DNA of 64,000 bases, from positions 23,169 through 87,168 of the forward strand of contig CAZPDF010000004.1 of assembly GCA_964585475.1 (NCBI GenBank), in the 5' to 3' direction. Below the pieces are notes generated by a model, which saw only the letters and a list, made by a program, of their open reading frames with translations, was not told the origin of the DNA and did no database searches. Below, piece by piece: positions 36,126 through 46,545 of the stretch (positions are counted from its first letter, which is position 1; every line of letters begins with the position of its first letter). The stretch is from an uncultured Candidatus Saccharibacteria bacterium (GTDB lineage Bacteria > Patescibacteriota > Minisyncoccia > Sungbacterales > HO2-52-23). A program made the position numbers and the translations under genes.

Positions 36126-37715
36126 ATGTTTTTACGTCTTGTAATCGTCTGGCTAATCTTATCTATGCCATGGGTTTCCATTCCCCTGGGATTTTGGACG
36201 CCCGCGGCTCATGCGCAGACGCCTTCTTCGCAAACCCAGGCCGATCTGGTGGCCGAAGACATTTGGTGGACACCGCTTGAGGTAAATATCGGAGATCAGG
36301 TATTTTTTGGCTTCCGGGTCCACAACGCCGGCACCGCCTCGTCCGGTCCTTTCAAAATTCTTTTCAGGACAAGTAGCGGCGGGGTTCCCTTGACATGCGC
36401 TTCCGATGTCGCAGACCTCTCCGCCAAGACTACCCTGCTTTCAAGCGCCCTATCCGGCCAAGGAACAACGCTCATTGATGGCATCGCGGTTCCCTATTGT
36501 AATTCCTCCTTCTTCCAGATAGAAGCTCCTGCTGGCGGAGGAGGAATAACGTTCCTTTTATATGTTGACAGGAGTAACCAGGTCCAGGAATCCATTGAGT
36601 CTAATAATATTCTCTCTGAATCCGTCGCTGTGACTGCTCCGCCATCAACGCCTATCCCAACGCCAACTCCTACACCAACACCAGCACCGGCGCCAATCCA
36701 ATGTTCGGTGCAATTAATCCCCGCCTGGAGAGTAGGCGATGTAAGGAACATATGGGCTGCACCGGGCAGCGAGAGATATCAATATTTGTTAACTCTTCCT
36801 CCGGACACGCTGATGATACAGAAAGACGGCAATTGGGTCATTGCCTCCACCGGACAATTTATTGACCAGGTAACCCCGGGTCAGCAATATTCCGCTCCGA
36901 CGACAACTTTTGCCATGCCAACATGTACCCCGGCGCCGGCTCCCGCTATCGGCGGCGGCACATTACCAATCCAGCAGGAAGGCCCAATCCCGCTTCCTAG
37001 TGTGGGTGGGAATATAAGCAGTCCCCCTGGTGGCACTACGCCCGGCGGAGAAATAGGCGGACAGCCATCCGGAAACACTTCGGGGCAAACCGGAGGACAG
37101 CCATCCGGAAACACTTCGGGGCAGACTAGCGGACAAACTGCCGGACAAACAGGCGGGCAAGCTACGAGTCCAACTGGACAATCACAAACATCGACATTCG
37201 GCGCGGCAGTTGCCAACGCTATCGCAGGCGCCATTAATAATTCGCCTTTCGGGCTCGCAGCGGCCTTATTAGGAAACAATAATCTTGCCGCAACGCTCGG
37301 AATTACGAACACCAACCCGACAAACATAACCACAGCAGTCATTGGCCTCGCCATAACAGGTATCACAATGGGCATTGGTAATAGCGCCTTATCACTGGCA
37401 ATTAATATTGCTCAGGGAATAATAGGTATTGTTAAATTTGCGATAAGTCTTTTTAGCGGCAAAGGAGGAGATCCAGGGCCCTCATCTACACCAGGGGGGG
37501 AGCCAGAGGGCGCTGAAAGCACAAGTGAAGCAGTCGAGGGCGTTGAAAGCACAAGTGAAGCAGTCGAGGGCGTTGAAAGCACGAGCGAGTCAACAGAGGG
37601 CGTTGAAAGCACTTCAGAAGCCGGAGCAGGAGTAGAAGGTGTTGAAAGCACTTCAGAAGCCGGAGTAGGAGCAGAGGCAGGAGCAGGAGCAGGAGCAGGA
37701 GCAGATGCCTACTGA
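36126..37715 (+). CDS. Secreted/membrane CARDB-domain protein with low-complexity linkers and an acidic repeat tail
   Basis: ADLV...VHNAG...VDRSNQVQESIESNN (CARDB); PT, GGQ and EGVESTSEA repeats; hydrophobic segment before the tail. Confidence 0.8.
   Translation: MFLRLVIVWLILSMPWVSIPLGFWTPAAHAQTPSSQTQADLVAEDIWWTPLEVNIGDQVFFGFRVHNAGTASSGPFKILFRTSSGGVPLTCASDVADLSAKTTLLSSALSGQGTTLIDGIAVPYCNSSFFQIEAPAGGGGITFLLYVDRSNQVQESIESNNILSESVAVTAPPSTPIPTPTPTPTPAPAPIQCSVQLIPAWRVGDVRNIWAAPGSERYQYLLTLPPDTLMIQKDGNWVIASTGQFIDQVTPGQQYSAPTTTFAMPTCTPAPAPAIGGGTLPIQQEGPIPLPSVGGNISSPPGGTTPGGEIGGQPSGNTSGQTGGQPSGNTSGQTSGQTAGQTGGQATSPTGQSQTSTFGAAVANAIAGAINNSPFGLAAALLGNNNLAATLGITNTNPTNITTAVIGLAITGITMGIGNSALSLAINIAQGIIGIVKFAISLFSGKGGDPGPSSTPGGEPEGAESTSEAVEGVESTSEAVEGVESTSESTEGVESTSEAGAGVEGVESTSEAGVGAEAGAGAGAGADAY
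37506..37703 (+). repeat. Tandem 30-bp coding repeats (EGVESTSEAV) and 6-bp GA repeats
   Basis: gagggcgttgaaagcacaagtgaagcagtc x about 5 (degenerate), then (gcagga)n. Confidence 0.85.
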
Positions 37716-37745
37716 ATTCACCCCCGGGAGGAGAAATGTAAATAC

Positions 37746-37780
37746 AAAAACCGTCCCGCTGAAAAGCGGGGCGGTTTTTT
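37746..37780. terminator. Bidirectional intrinsic terminator
   Basis: aaaaaccgtcccgc-tgaaaa-gcggggcggtttttt between convergent genes. Confidence 0.8.
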
Positions 37781-39600
37781 TATTCAACTTCCACTTGCTG
37801 GGAAAAACAGCGGAAATTCTGAAGAGTTTGATGAGCCGCCATAACAGGAATACGGCAAAAATTTTCTTTATTTTCGTCGTTCGGCGGCGAGCGTTTAATG
37901 CATTCTTCATTTCTCCACCCTGATTTTTCTAAATTACTCCATCCCGGCAAAAGGTCTTTTAGAACCTCGCGCCGCTTCTCGTCAGGACAAATTCCCGGCA
38001 GCCAACTTCGGTAATAAATCAAAACGGGCTCGGCATAAGGAATAATTTCAAAACTTGCCCATCCGAATTCGTTGCTATCCAGATAGTCATATTTTGTTTC
38101 AAAGAAAAAGACATTGCCGGAGCGTGAAAAATTTTTTACGACGGCTTGAGAATCGGTAAATGGGGAAGAGGCGCTTATATTCCGAACCTCGGCATTTTCC
38201 ACTTCCACGTGCAATCCGCCGAAGGCGAAGGGCTCCGCAAGAGAAGGGCCGCCGATATTTTCCAGTTTTATCGCGATTTTCTGCGACTGGCCAAGGCGCA
38301 AAACGCCGCCGGCTTCTATGATAATATGCGAGAGAGGCGGAAAGCGATAAAAATTCCTGTAAAAAACAAGGCCCCCCCACACTGCGGCCAAAGCCAAAAC
38401 AAGCACCAGGCCAGTTTTTGTCATCATCATCTTAATTTTTAAATGCCTCAGATAAAAACCGGCATATTCCCAGATATGGCCGATTTTTTCCTTAATGACT
38501 CCCGGTTCCAATATCAATTTTACGCCAAGAGCCATCACATATAAAAAAAGGGACAATGCCAAAAATCTCTCTTTTACAAAAAAGAGCAGAAACGCAAATC
38601 CAACCAGATTGAAAACGCCGATAATCTGCTTTTCTTTTTTCCTTAAATCAAGCGCTATTGAACACCAACCCCAAAAAATAAGGAAAAGTCCGGACAGGCC
38701 GAAATAAGACCAAAATCTACTAAAACTTATGTTGGCCCAATCACTGCGGCTCATGGCCGAAATTAAATCCGGATCGGAACGATGCCAGAAAGCATATATA
38801 TATTCCTTTATCATTGCCAGAGGGGAGTAATCAATTCCGATCAATACTCTGGATAATACTTCCGCCAGCAATAAAGGGCTTAGTAAAAAGAAAAGCAATA
38901 GAACGGCGTTTTTTTTAGATAAATTCCCGCTTAAAATCCAAAAAATAAAAAGGGGGACCGAGGAAATATAAAAAACCGGAAACTGCTGCCAGGCCAGAAC
39001 TAACGCAGTATTCACCAATAGGCTGGCGGCAAAAAACCGGTTTATATCGGGCTTAGCAGCTACTTTAATTAAAAAATACACCCCTAAAAAAATAAGCCAT
39101 GTTCCGACTGTCTCCTCAAAATAACCCATGGTCGTCAAAGAAACGGAAACCGGCAAAAAAGAAAATATCGCGAGGGTATAAATCGCTACCGCCGTTCCCC
39201 AAAGATCATAAAAAACGAAAAACAGGCTCAAAGACCATAAACCATACATCGCCAGCGGGAAAATTTTTACAAAATCTTCAAGGTTTAAACCGCCAACAAG
39301 CTGATATATTTTATAAAACGACCGGGTAAAATAAGCCAGAAAGGGCGGAGCATTTTCTTTTCTAACCGATGGGGCAAAATCCCAAATGTCTTCTTTGGGA
39401 AAATAGCCGTCAGTAACAAGCCGTTGGGACTTGTCAAAATAATAACTAGAAACAGTATTCAGGACCGGCTCATAAATTATATTACTACTCCGAAAATAAA
39501 AACCAATTCCCAAAATCAGCGCTACTAATAAAACCAGGCCTTGTTTTTTAAAAACCTTATGGAAAAATCCCTTGATTTCACGAAAACGGCCTTTTTCCAT
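37780..39600 (-). CDS. GT-C-fold (STT3/PMT-like) integral membrane glycosyltransferase
   Basis: About 12 TMs; FYFR...SSYY, PPFLAY, GYFEE, ERF motifs; C-terminal Cys-containing extracellular domain. Confidence 0.65.
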   Translation of the reverse strand: MEKGRFREIKGFFHKVFKKQGLVLLVALILGIGFYFRSSNIIYEPVLNTVSSYYFDKSQRLVTDGYFPKEDIWDFAPSVRKENAPPFLAYFTRSFYKIYQLVGGLNLEDFVKIFPLAMYGLWSLSLFFVFYDLWGTAVAIYTLAIFSFLPVSVSLTTMGYFEETVGTWLIFLGVYFLIKVAAKPDINRFFAASLLVNTALVLAWQQFPVFYISSVPLFIFWILSGNLSKKNAVLLLFFLLSPLLLAEVLSRVLIGIDYSPLAMIKEYIYAFWHRSDPDLISAMSRSDWANISFSRFWSYFGLSGLFLIFWGWCSIALDLRKKEKQIIGVFNLVGFAFLLFFVKERFLALSLFLYVMALGVKLILEPGVIKEKIGHIWEYAGFYLRHLKIKMMMTKTGLVLVLALAAVWGGLVFYRNFYRFPPLSHIIIEAGGVLRLGQSQKIAIKLENIGGPSLAEPFAFGGLHVEVENAEVRNISASSPFTDSQAVVKNFSRSGNVFFFETKYDYLDSNEFGWASFEIIPYAEPVLIYYRSWLPGICPDEKRREVLKDLLPGWSNLEKSGWRNEECIKRSPPNDENKENFCRIPVMAAHQTLQNFRCFSQQVEVE

Positions 39601-39603
39601 ATT

Positions 39604-42600
39604 TTAATTTCCCAATTGATTTAAAATGTAATTGGTTCCGGCAAGGATGAAATGAGAAGCGCTATCCATCCACATCTCCTGATCCAAAAGGGTGTGTATA
39701 AATCCGCCCTCCGCTTTGTTGCCAACGGCCGAATTCACCCAGTAAGAATTTTCTCGGTCAAACTGCATGTTAAAAATCCATAAAAAAGCCAATTCAATCG
39801 CTTTTTTATATTTATCCGTATGGTATTTGTCGCCGCGCTCTTGAGCAATAAGAAAAGCGTCGTCCAGCGCCTCCAAAACCTTGCTCGTGCCTCTTAGCGA
39901 AAATGTTCTACCGTCCGGCACGTCCGGAAACGAGCCATACCGCCAGTCATTTCCCGGCCACTGCTGATCCACCAACCAATCGCCTATTTCAAACACAAAG
40001 TCGGCATCATCCTTTTCACCGCCTAAATTATAAATCTCTTTAAAAATGTTCAGAAGCCAGCCCTGCAAACCCAAAGACAAAGAGTTTTCTTTAAGAATTC
40101 TGTTTTTTCTGAATTCATCTTTTTTTATCTCTGCGGCCGCTCGTAATTCTTCGGTCTTGCGGCGATCGTTTGCGGCATTTTCATATGCGCCTAGAGCGGC
40201 GAGCACATGATAATCCGCCAAATTAGAAGAACCTTTAGTTCCTTCATCCGGCCGGCCGTCCGCCACAAACCACGGCCAAAAACTGCTATTCTCTTTTTTA
40301 AGACCCCACAATTTTTCCGCCAATACGCCGGCATTATCAAGATACGCTTCATCTTTGGTCAAATTAAATAATGCCAGATCATTAAATATACGAAAGGCCA
40401 GACTTCCGGTCGGAAACAGCGTTGAGGGCGCAACCGCCGCCGCGACAGTTGAAGTTGCTTCTACATATTCCCGGTTCTTTAAAGCCGAGCTCACATATTC
40501 TCTTTTACCGGAAAATTGATAAAGATTAGTCAGGGACTGCGCTGTAAGCGAATTCCTTATTAAATTCAAATTTTGAGTTACATTACCGGTCTGCGCGTTT
40601 ACTTTGAAAACATAACTCCCGTCGTTGTTTTGATTTTTAACCACCCAGTCCGCCGCCTTAATCATCCGCTGTAAAAGCCTATTTTTATCAAAAGTTTCTC
40701 CGCGAACCAAAAACGGACCGTGCAAAGAAAAAACATTTTTCTTATCAAAAGATTCAATAAAATCGTCAACTCCGAACATATATACCGTCGCTTCGCGGCT
40801 TTTAAAGCAGTCGTTTTTGAGGTTATTAACGGTGCAGAGCCACGACAAACTGTCCTTAAAACTTGAATATTGATGGAGATTCAGCAAATAAGGAAGAAAA
40901 TAAATTTTTTTGCCAAGATACTCTATCACATAGCCCTTGAGAGGATTAAGGCCGATATTCTGCAACAAGTACGGATCCACTTTCAATAAATCATTTTTAA
41001 CAAGCGCTATCTCTATCCTCAAAGATTCCAATTCCTCATTTCCCAGTCGCGGGAAACGCGAATCGCTCATGGCGCCGACGGCATTATTGATCAGGTTCTC
41101 CAAAAGTGAACCGCCGATTGTTAGGGAAGCACGCAGCTTCTGGTTATTCCAGATCATAAGAGCGGCGCCCTGGGGTTTCAAAAAAACATCAAGCAAGTTT
41201 TTTGATTCAAGCATCGGGATAAAATCCGCGGCAGTTAATTTTTTATTACCCAACAATTCCTCCATGGTTTTTCTCACGATGTGTATGGCGGCAAACCTCA
41301 CTTCTTTCATCGACCTCTCGTCTTTATCGGAAATTTTGTATATTACAAAGCGGGGCGAATCCCATACTTTTTGGAAATGAGAGAAATCAGCGCCCCGAAC
41401 CATTAAGCCCACCATGGTGGTTGATCTTGCCCACGGAGCAAGATTTGTCCTGCCGGGAAAAAGATCACAGCGATTTACGGGTAGGCAAATCCACCATTGA
41501 AAACTCTTGTCTAAAAAAACGTAAGAGGCCTGGTATTTTTTGGCAAGGGTCAGGGCCTCGTCCTCGCTGTCTGTCAAAAAAAACTTAGCAATATCTTTAT
41601 AGCGGGCCGCCACCTCTTTCGACTCTGAAGGATAAACTTTGGTGGTAGAAATAACCCGCTTATCGGCGAAAGCAACGATCTGGTGGCCCCTAAACCAATG
41701 GGCCATAACTATTGCGTCCTCGTCAGAATTATTTTTAAGCCATTCAAGGGCGGTTTTCATTTCCCCGCTCAATGAACTATTAAAATCGCCGGTGCCGGTG
41801 TTTAAATTTTTATAACCCTGATAAAGCGTCGCGGAGAGAACCAAAAATAAAACGGCTGACGAAATTAATTTTTGGTTAAAGAGGACCCTTTTGGCGGGCG
41901 GCCAAGAATAAATTAGGGACGTCTTAAAACCGCCTATAACAAGATACGAAAAAATATACGCGGCCCTCCGAAGGTCTTTCAAGAAATCCGCCGGCTGCTG
42001 CCTCCAAATTGTTTCAATCCCGACCTCCTTAAAATTAAGGTTGTTTTTTATTGCCCAAAAGATTATTTCGCTATCCACCGAATAACTCTTTCGTTTTATT
42101 ACCATCCTTTCTAACGCGGCTTTGCTAATCAACCTAAATCCGCATTGCGAATCTTTAAATACCCGCTCTGTAAAAAATAAGATGACGGCATTTGCGATCC
42201 GGTTCCATATTACACGGGGCAGGGGCATGCTTTTGGGGCTTAAAGAACGAACACCGAGAACCAGATCGCACCGATTTATCTTCCAAGTTTCTATCAACTT
42301 AGGTATGTCGCCAGGAGAGTGCTGTCCGTCCGCATCCATAAGGACAAGCGCATCAAAATCAAAATTATCCACCGCAAAATGGATGCCACTGTAAATTACG
42401 TTACCCTTGCCCTTATGAAGGGGCAGCGCCAAAACTTCAGCTCCAGATTTTTTGGCAATAGAAACAGTGCCGTCGTCCGAACCGTCATCTGCGACAAGAA
42501 CCCGGCCGAATTTTTTTGCCTCGCCTATAACTTTTGAAATATTATCCGCTTCGTTATGGGCAGGTAATAAGATTAAAATTTTATCGCTCTCTTGTTTCAT
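39604..42600 (-). CDS. Fusion: GT2 (Dol-P-Man-synthase-like) + TM + STT3/AglB C-terminal-like + AMMECR1-like + (alpha/alpha) barrel
   Basis: PAHNE, DDGSDD, MDADGQH, DSQCGFR; ALEWLKNN..DAIVMAHWFRGHQ; DSRFPRL..EELESLRIEI; QNNDGSY...N.IRN. Confidence 0.75.
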   Translation of the reverse strand: MKQESDKILILLPAHNEADNISKVIGEAKKFGRVLVADDGSDDGTVSIAKKSGAEVLALPLHKGKGNVIYSGIHFAVDNFDFDALVLMDADGQHSPGDIPKLIETWKINRCDLVLGVRSLSPKSMPLPRVIWNRIANAVILFFTERVFKDSQCGFRLISKAALERMVIKRKSYSVDSEIIFWAIKNNLNFKEVGIETIWRQQPADFLKDLRRAAYIFSYLVIGGFKTSLIYSWPPAKRVLFNQKLISSAVLFLVLSATLYQGYKNLNTGTGDFNSSLSGEMKTALEWLKNNSDEDAIVMAHWFRGHQIVAFADKRVISTTKVYPSESKEVAARYKDIAKFFLTDSEDEALTLAKKYQASYVFLDKSFQWWICLPVNRCDLFPGRTNLAPWARSTTMVGLMVRGADFSHFQKVWDSPRFVIYKISDKDERSMKEVRFAAIHIVRKTMEELLGNKKLTAADFIPMLESKNLLDVFLKPQGAALMIWNNQKLRASLTIGGSLLENLINNAVGAMSDSRFPRLGNEELESLRIEIALVKNDLLKVDPYLLQNIGLNPLKGYVIEYLGKKIYFLPYLLNLHQYSSFKDSLSWLCTVNNLKNDCFKSREATVYMFGVDDFIESFDKKNVFSLHGPFLVRGETFDKNRLLQRMIKAADWVVKNQNNDGSYVFKVNAQTGNVTQNLNLIRNSLTAQSLTNLYQFSGKREYVSSALKNREYVEATSTVAAAVAPSTLFPTGSLAFRIFNDLALFNLTKDEAYLDNAGVLAEKLWGLKKENSSFWPWFVADGRPDEGTKGSSNLADYHVLAALGAYENAANDRRKTEELRAAAEIKKDEFRKNRILKENSLSLGLQGWLLNIFKEIYNLGGEKDDADFVFEIGDWLVDQQWPGNDWRYGSFPDVPDGRTFSLRGTSKVLEALDDAFLIAQERGDKYHTDKYKKAIELAFLWIFNMQFDRENSYWVNSAVGNKAEGGFIHTLLDQEMWMDSASHFILAGTNYILNQLGN

Positions 42601-42916
42601 AAACAGTTGTAAATCATGCTTATCCTAAAATCTAACCATCAAGATTTTCCTGATTTTATCAAGTTAATCTTACACGGATTGACTGGCTTATAATCTGGGG
42701 CTGTCCACTTCCATATTTTTTCTTCGTGGTCCGGTAAACCCCTACTGAACCGCGGGGCATTCCAAGTAACGTGGTAAAAATTTCAATATCCATAGCTTAT
42801 CATAATGATTGACTGCTGTCAGCGCGTTAGCAGCAAAAGGGAGTCCGTAGATATACCTCTTTGTTATATATATCCCGAAACCGCTTATGGTGTATAGAGG
42901 GTTAACTAGATATACT

Positions 42917-43060
42917 ATGAAAACTTTCTTGAACTTGTTCCTGGCCATGATTGCGCTTATGCTTCCTGTTGTCTTGGGCTATGGCGTGGGTCTGCTTTAT
43001 CGCCGCTGGCGGAAGAAGAAGGAGGAATCTCAAGCTACGCCCTCTATCGGAGTTAAATGA
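42917..43060 (+). CDS. Small membrane protein (47 aa), not in the ORF track
   Basis: MKTFLNLFLAMIALMLPVVLGYGVGLLYRRWRKKKEE: TM plus positive-inside tail, followed by a terminator. Confidence 0.6.
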   Translation: MKTFLNLFLAMIALMLPVVLGYGVGLLYRRWRKKKEESQATPSIGVK

Positions 43061-43069
43061 TGAACACAT

Positions 43070-43107
43070 AAACCAAAACTCCGCCTGAGCAGGCGGAGTT
43101 TTGGTTT
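43070..43107. terminator. Bidirectional intrinsic terminator
   Basis: aaaccaaaactccgcctg-ag-caggcggagttttggttt. Confidence 0.8.
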
Positions 43108-43124
43108 ACGATCTCCAGCATATT

Positions 43125-45611
43125 TTATGCCTGCTTTCTTTCAATAGGGGGCGTGTATCTGCGAAGCAACAGCGAGTTAGTCACCACCGAAACGGAACTA
43201 AATGCCATGGCAAATCCTGCAATTTCGGGACGAAGAGTTGCCTGCGAAAGATTGTAAAATACCTGCCCAGCCCCTCCGAATCGGCTACGGATAGAAAGAA
43301 TCCACGGCGCCGCCTGACCGAAAGCCGACTGGGTGATAAGAAGATGCGCTCCTGCCGCGATCGGAATCGCCAGAACGTTATAGATGAACGCCCAGAAAAG
43401 GTTCTGCCAAATTTTTATGATCGTTTTCCTCGAAAGCTGGATCGCGGTAACAACGTCGCGGAGATCGTCTTTAACCAGGATTATCTCGCCCGTCTGCACC
43501 GCCACATCGGTTCCGGACCCCACGGCAATTCCGACATCTGCCTGGGCTAAAGCCGGAGAATCATTAATGCCATCCCCCACCATAGCGACCACTTTTCCCT
43601 CCTTCTGCAGTTTTTTTATAACTTCGGCTTTGTCTTGCGGCTTGACCTCGGCCAAAATGCGGTCAATCCCGACCTGCTTCCCAATGGCCTCGGCCGTTTT
43701 GGGATTATCCCCGGTAATCATAATAATTTCTTTCTTCATTTTTTTAAGTTCAGCTATGGCTTCTTTGGCGAATGGCTTTAGGGTATCGGCCATCGCAATA
43801 ATCGCGATTGCCCTCCATGAGCCGCCCTCGTTTCGCGCGGCAAATACCACGGTTTTTGCCTGCGAAACAAGTTCTTCAAATTTCTTCGCATGCTCGGATA
43901 TCGATACCCCTAGTTTCTCCATAAACGCCGGGTTGCCGACGGCGATTTCGTTGCCCTCGATTTTACCCTTCACTCCGAATCCCGACACCGCTTCAAAATC
44001 TTTCACTTCCGGGAGATTCCCAAAAGAACCTTTCCCCTTCTCTATCACGGCGCGAGCCAGTGGGTGCTCGGACCCCTGTTCCACCGCGGAAGAAAGACGC
44101 AAGGCGTCTTTTTCGTCCATTCCGCTAAGCGCCACAAAATCAGTTACCACCGGCTTGCCGATAGTAAGAGTTCCGGTTTTATCCAACGCAATGGCCGTAA
44201 TTTTATAAGTTTTCTCAAGCGCTTCACCTCCCTTCAAAATTATGCCAAATTTCGCGGCGCGTCCTATCCCCACAATTAACGCCGTCGGCGTGGCAAGCCC
44301 CATAGCGCAGGGACAGGAAATCACCAAAACCGCAATCATGTGAACCAATGCCGCGCGGAGATCATCCGGCACGACGATAAAATACCATGCCGAGAAAACG
44401 ATTACCGAAAACACTACGACGGCCGGAACAAAATATTCGCTAATTTTATCCACTAAATCCTGCACCGGCGCGCGAGAGGCCTGCGCCTCCTCAACCATCT
44501 GGATGATTTGGTAAAGTAGCGTCTCTTTGCCGACCTTGGTCGCTCTGAACTTAAAAAGCCCTTCCTGATTTACTGTGGCCCCAATCACTTCATCATTGAC
44601 CCCTTTTCCTACCGGGAAGGACTCTCCGGTCACCACTTTCTCGTCAATATGGCTCTTCCCTTCAACAATTACGCCGTCCACCGGAATTTTTTCCCCGGGG
44701 CGCACGACTACAATGTCACCATCCTGCAGCTTGTCTATCGGCACGGTAATTTCCTGTCCGTTTTTCAGAACATGGGCCTCTTTGGCCTCAAGTTTAAGAA
44801 GCTCTTTTATGGCTTGGGACGCGCGTCCTTTGGCTTTTGCCTCAAAATAACGTCCGAGGAGAATGAAGAAAAGAAGGGCTGCGGATGATTCCCAAAAAGG
44901 ATGGTCAATATTGAAAAATAAAAACCCGAACATCGAATAAAAATACGCGGCCGAGGTTCCAAGCGCCACCAAGACGTCCATACTGGCAGCACCCACACGG
45001 ATCGAAGTAAAAGAATTACGGTAGAAGGGCCAGGCAATGATGAATTGGATCGGGGTGGAAAGAATCCAGTATAAATAGTTAAGGTCAATACGAAAGGGGG
45101 GGCTCGCAACATCCACAAAAGTGCTTAAAATGAGCTTCAGGGGCTGCGCAATGAACCAGAAAAGATAATTAACTATGTAAGCTCCATATCCCAAAAATCC
45201 CTGGGTCACCAAAACGGGCTGCTGAAGATTTACGAAGGAGAAAAACTCATGCACATGCGTCAAGTTAAACATGTGGATCAACATGTAGTAGGCGATAATC
45301 GGGATCGAGAGCGCAAAGGCCGCGCGGACTCTCCGGCGCGCCTCCTCAATTTTCTGGGCTTCTTTTTTCTCCTCTTCTTCGGCAGTAGACCCCTGTTCGG
45401 TCGGACGAATCAAGTCGTAACCCAATTTATTGATGAATTCGTCTATTTTTTCGAGAGAAATTTTGGTCTCATCAAATTCAACCGCGGTTTTTTCCGCGCC
45501 GTAACTCGTTTTAATCGAAACCACCCCGGGCTGTTTTATGAGCAGTTTATCAATCAGAACAGAACACGAAGCGCAATGCATCCCTTTAACTTTTAACACT
45601 AGCTTAGTCAT
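43125..45611 (-). CDS. copA: Copper-translocating P1B-type ATPase
   Basis: GMHCASC, TGES, CPC, DKTGT, SEHP, GDGIND, YN, MAFSS. Confidence 0.95.
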   Translation of the reverse strand: MTKLVLKVKGMHCASCSVLIDKLLIKQPGVVSIKTSYGAEKTAVEFDETKISLEKIDEFINKLGYDLIRPTEQGSTAEEEEKKEAQKIEEARRRVRAAFALSIPIIAYYMLIHMFNLTHVHEFFSFVNLQQPVLVTQGFLGYGAYIVNYLFWFIAQPLKLILSTFVDVASPPFRIDLNYLYWILSTPIQFIIAWPFYRNSFTSIRVGAASMDVLVALGTSAAYFYSMFGFLFFNIDHPFWESSAALLFFILLGRYFEAKAKGRASQAIKELLKLEAKEAHVLKNGQEITVPIDKLQDGDIVVVRPGEKIPVDGVIVEGKSHIDEKVVTGESFPVGKGVNDEVIGATVNQEGLFKFRATKVGKETLLYQIIQMVEEAQASRAPVQDLVDKISEYFVPAVVVFSVIVFSAWYFIVVPDDLRAALVHMIAVLVISCPCAMGLATPTALIVGIGRAAKFGIILKGGEALEKTYKITAIALDKTGTLTIGKPVVTDFVALSGMDEKDALRLSSAVEQGSEHPLARAVIEKGKGSFGNLPEVKDFEAVSGFGVKGKIEGNEIAVGNPAFMEKLGVSISEHAKKFEELVSQAKTVVFAARNEGGSWRAIAIIAMADTLKPFAKEAIAELKKMKKEIIMITGDNPKTAEAIGKQVGIDRILAEVKPQDKAEVIKKLQKEGKVVAMVGDGINDSPALAQADVGIAVGSGTDVAVQTGEIILVKDDLRDVVTAIQLSRKTIIKIWQNLFWAFIYNVLAIPIAAGAHLLITQSAFGQAAPWILSIRSRFGGAGQVFYNLSQATLRPEIAGFAMAFSSVSVVTNSLLLRRYTPPIERKQA

Positions 45612-45686
45612 ACATTCATTAGACGCCAGCTGATATATATTTTATACTTTAGTAAGCTCTATATTCCTTACTAGGGGGCTGACTGG

Positions 45687-46073
45687 ATGCTATACGGTAT
45701 TGATAAAGTTACATTCCGGCACGGCTTTTGCGAGGGTCTAATGCTGGGGGCGGCTTTTGCTATACTGCTATTTTTAGGCGCAATATTTAAGCTGGGTGGG
45801 ATCGGAACGGACGTAAATTATGGAGCAACGCTCGGGGTTTACGTACTAATAGTGGGGGCGCTAGCGGCCGCCACAGTGAGAAATCCGACGAGCGGTATGG
45901 GGGTTACTTCCGGAGCAGGATTTCTAATGTCTCTCGCCGCTTTCGGAGGACTCTTATATGCACAGGGGGCCGGTCAAGCAATCCGGGTAAGTACAGGCAT
46001 ACTACTTACTACAATTCTTGGCATGTGCATCTTTGCCATAATTCAAATCATCAAGCAGAGGTACGATGCATAA
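45687..46073 (+). CDS. Four-TM hypothetical membrane protein
   Basis: Four hydrophobic Gly/Ala-rich segments. Confidence 0.6.
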   Translation: MLYGIDKVTFRHGFCEGLMLGAAFAILLFLGAIFKLGGIGTDVNYGATLGVYVLIVGALAAATVRNPTSGMGVTSGAGFLMSLAAFGGLLYAQGAGQAIRVSTGILLTTILGMCIFAIIQIIKQRYDA

Positions 46074-46103
46074 ATGAGAGAGCGGTTTATACCGCTTCTT
46101 TTT

Positions 46104-46541
46104 TTATTGTGTGGAACTGATGATACTCCTCACATGTATCTTTCCTATCATATCAAAATGGGTTCTTTTTTTGCCTTCCACTACTCCCTCTCCGCAGGGC
46201 ACCGAGCAGTAAAAAGGAAAGTCTCCTTCCTGCGTTGCCACAAATTCAATTTTTACCGTCTCATTTGCCGGCATACGCTGGGAGATACCGTAGGCGTCAA
46301 TCGCGATTCCATGATCATATTCATCTTCGTTGACAATGGTCATCTTGATTCTATCGCCGCGATCTGCCTCGATAACTTCCGGGGTAAAACGCCATTCGTT
46401 TTTATCGGCGACAATCGTCACTTCGCGGATAACTCCGGTTTCAACCGGCTTTGATTCTTCAGGAAGCAAAAACGCGCGATAAAGAACACCGCCGCCAATA
46501 ATCAGAACGCCTACGATAATAAGGATTGCATACTTGTTCAT
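46104..46541 (-). CDS. Membrane-anchored cupredoxin (CuA-like ligand set)
   Basis: DHG...FYCSVPCG...HFDM. Confidence 0.85.
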   Translation of the reverse strand: MNKYAILIIVGVLIIGGGVLYRAFLLPEESKPVETGVIREVTIVADKNEWRFTPEVIEADRGDRIKMTIVNEDEYDHGIAIDAYGISQRMPANETVKIEFVATQEGDFPFYCSVPCGEGVVEGKKRTHFDMIGKIHVRSIISSTQ

Positions 46542-46545
46542 AAAC

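Noticed and set aside
37506-37703. 30-bp tandem repeats as a possible CRISPR array
   Set aside because: No unique spacers; the repeats are in-frame coding units and no cas genes are present.
42620-42900. Possible gene relic in the intergenic gap
   Set aside because: Short open frames with no recognisable motif or start context.
45660-45680. attccttactagggggc as a CsoR operator upstream of copA
   Set aside because: Only a loose resemblance to the C-tract/G-tract pseudo-palindrome, and no csoR is in the window.
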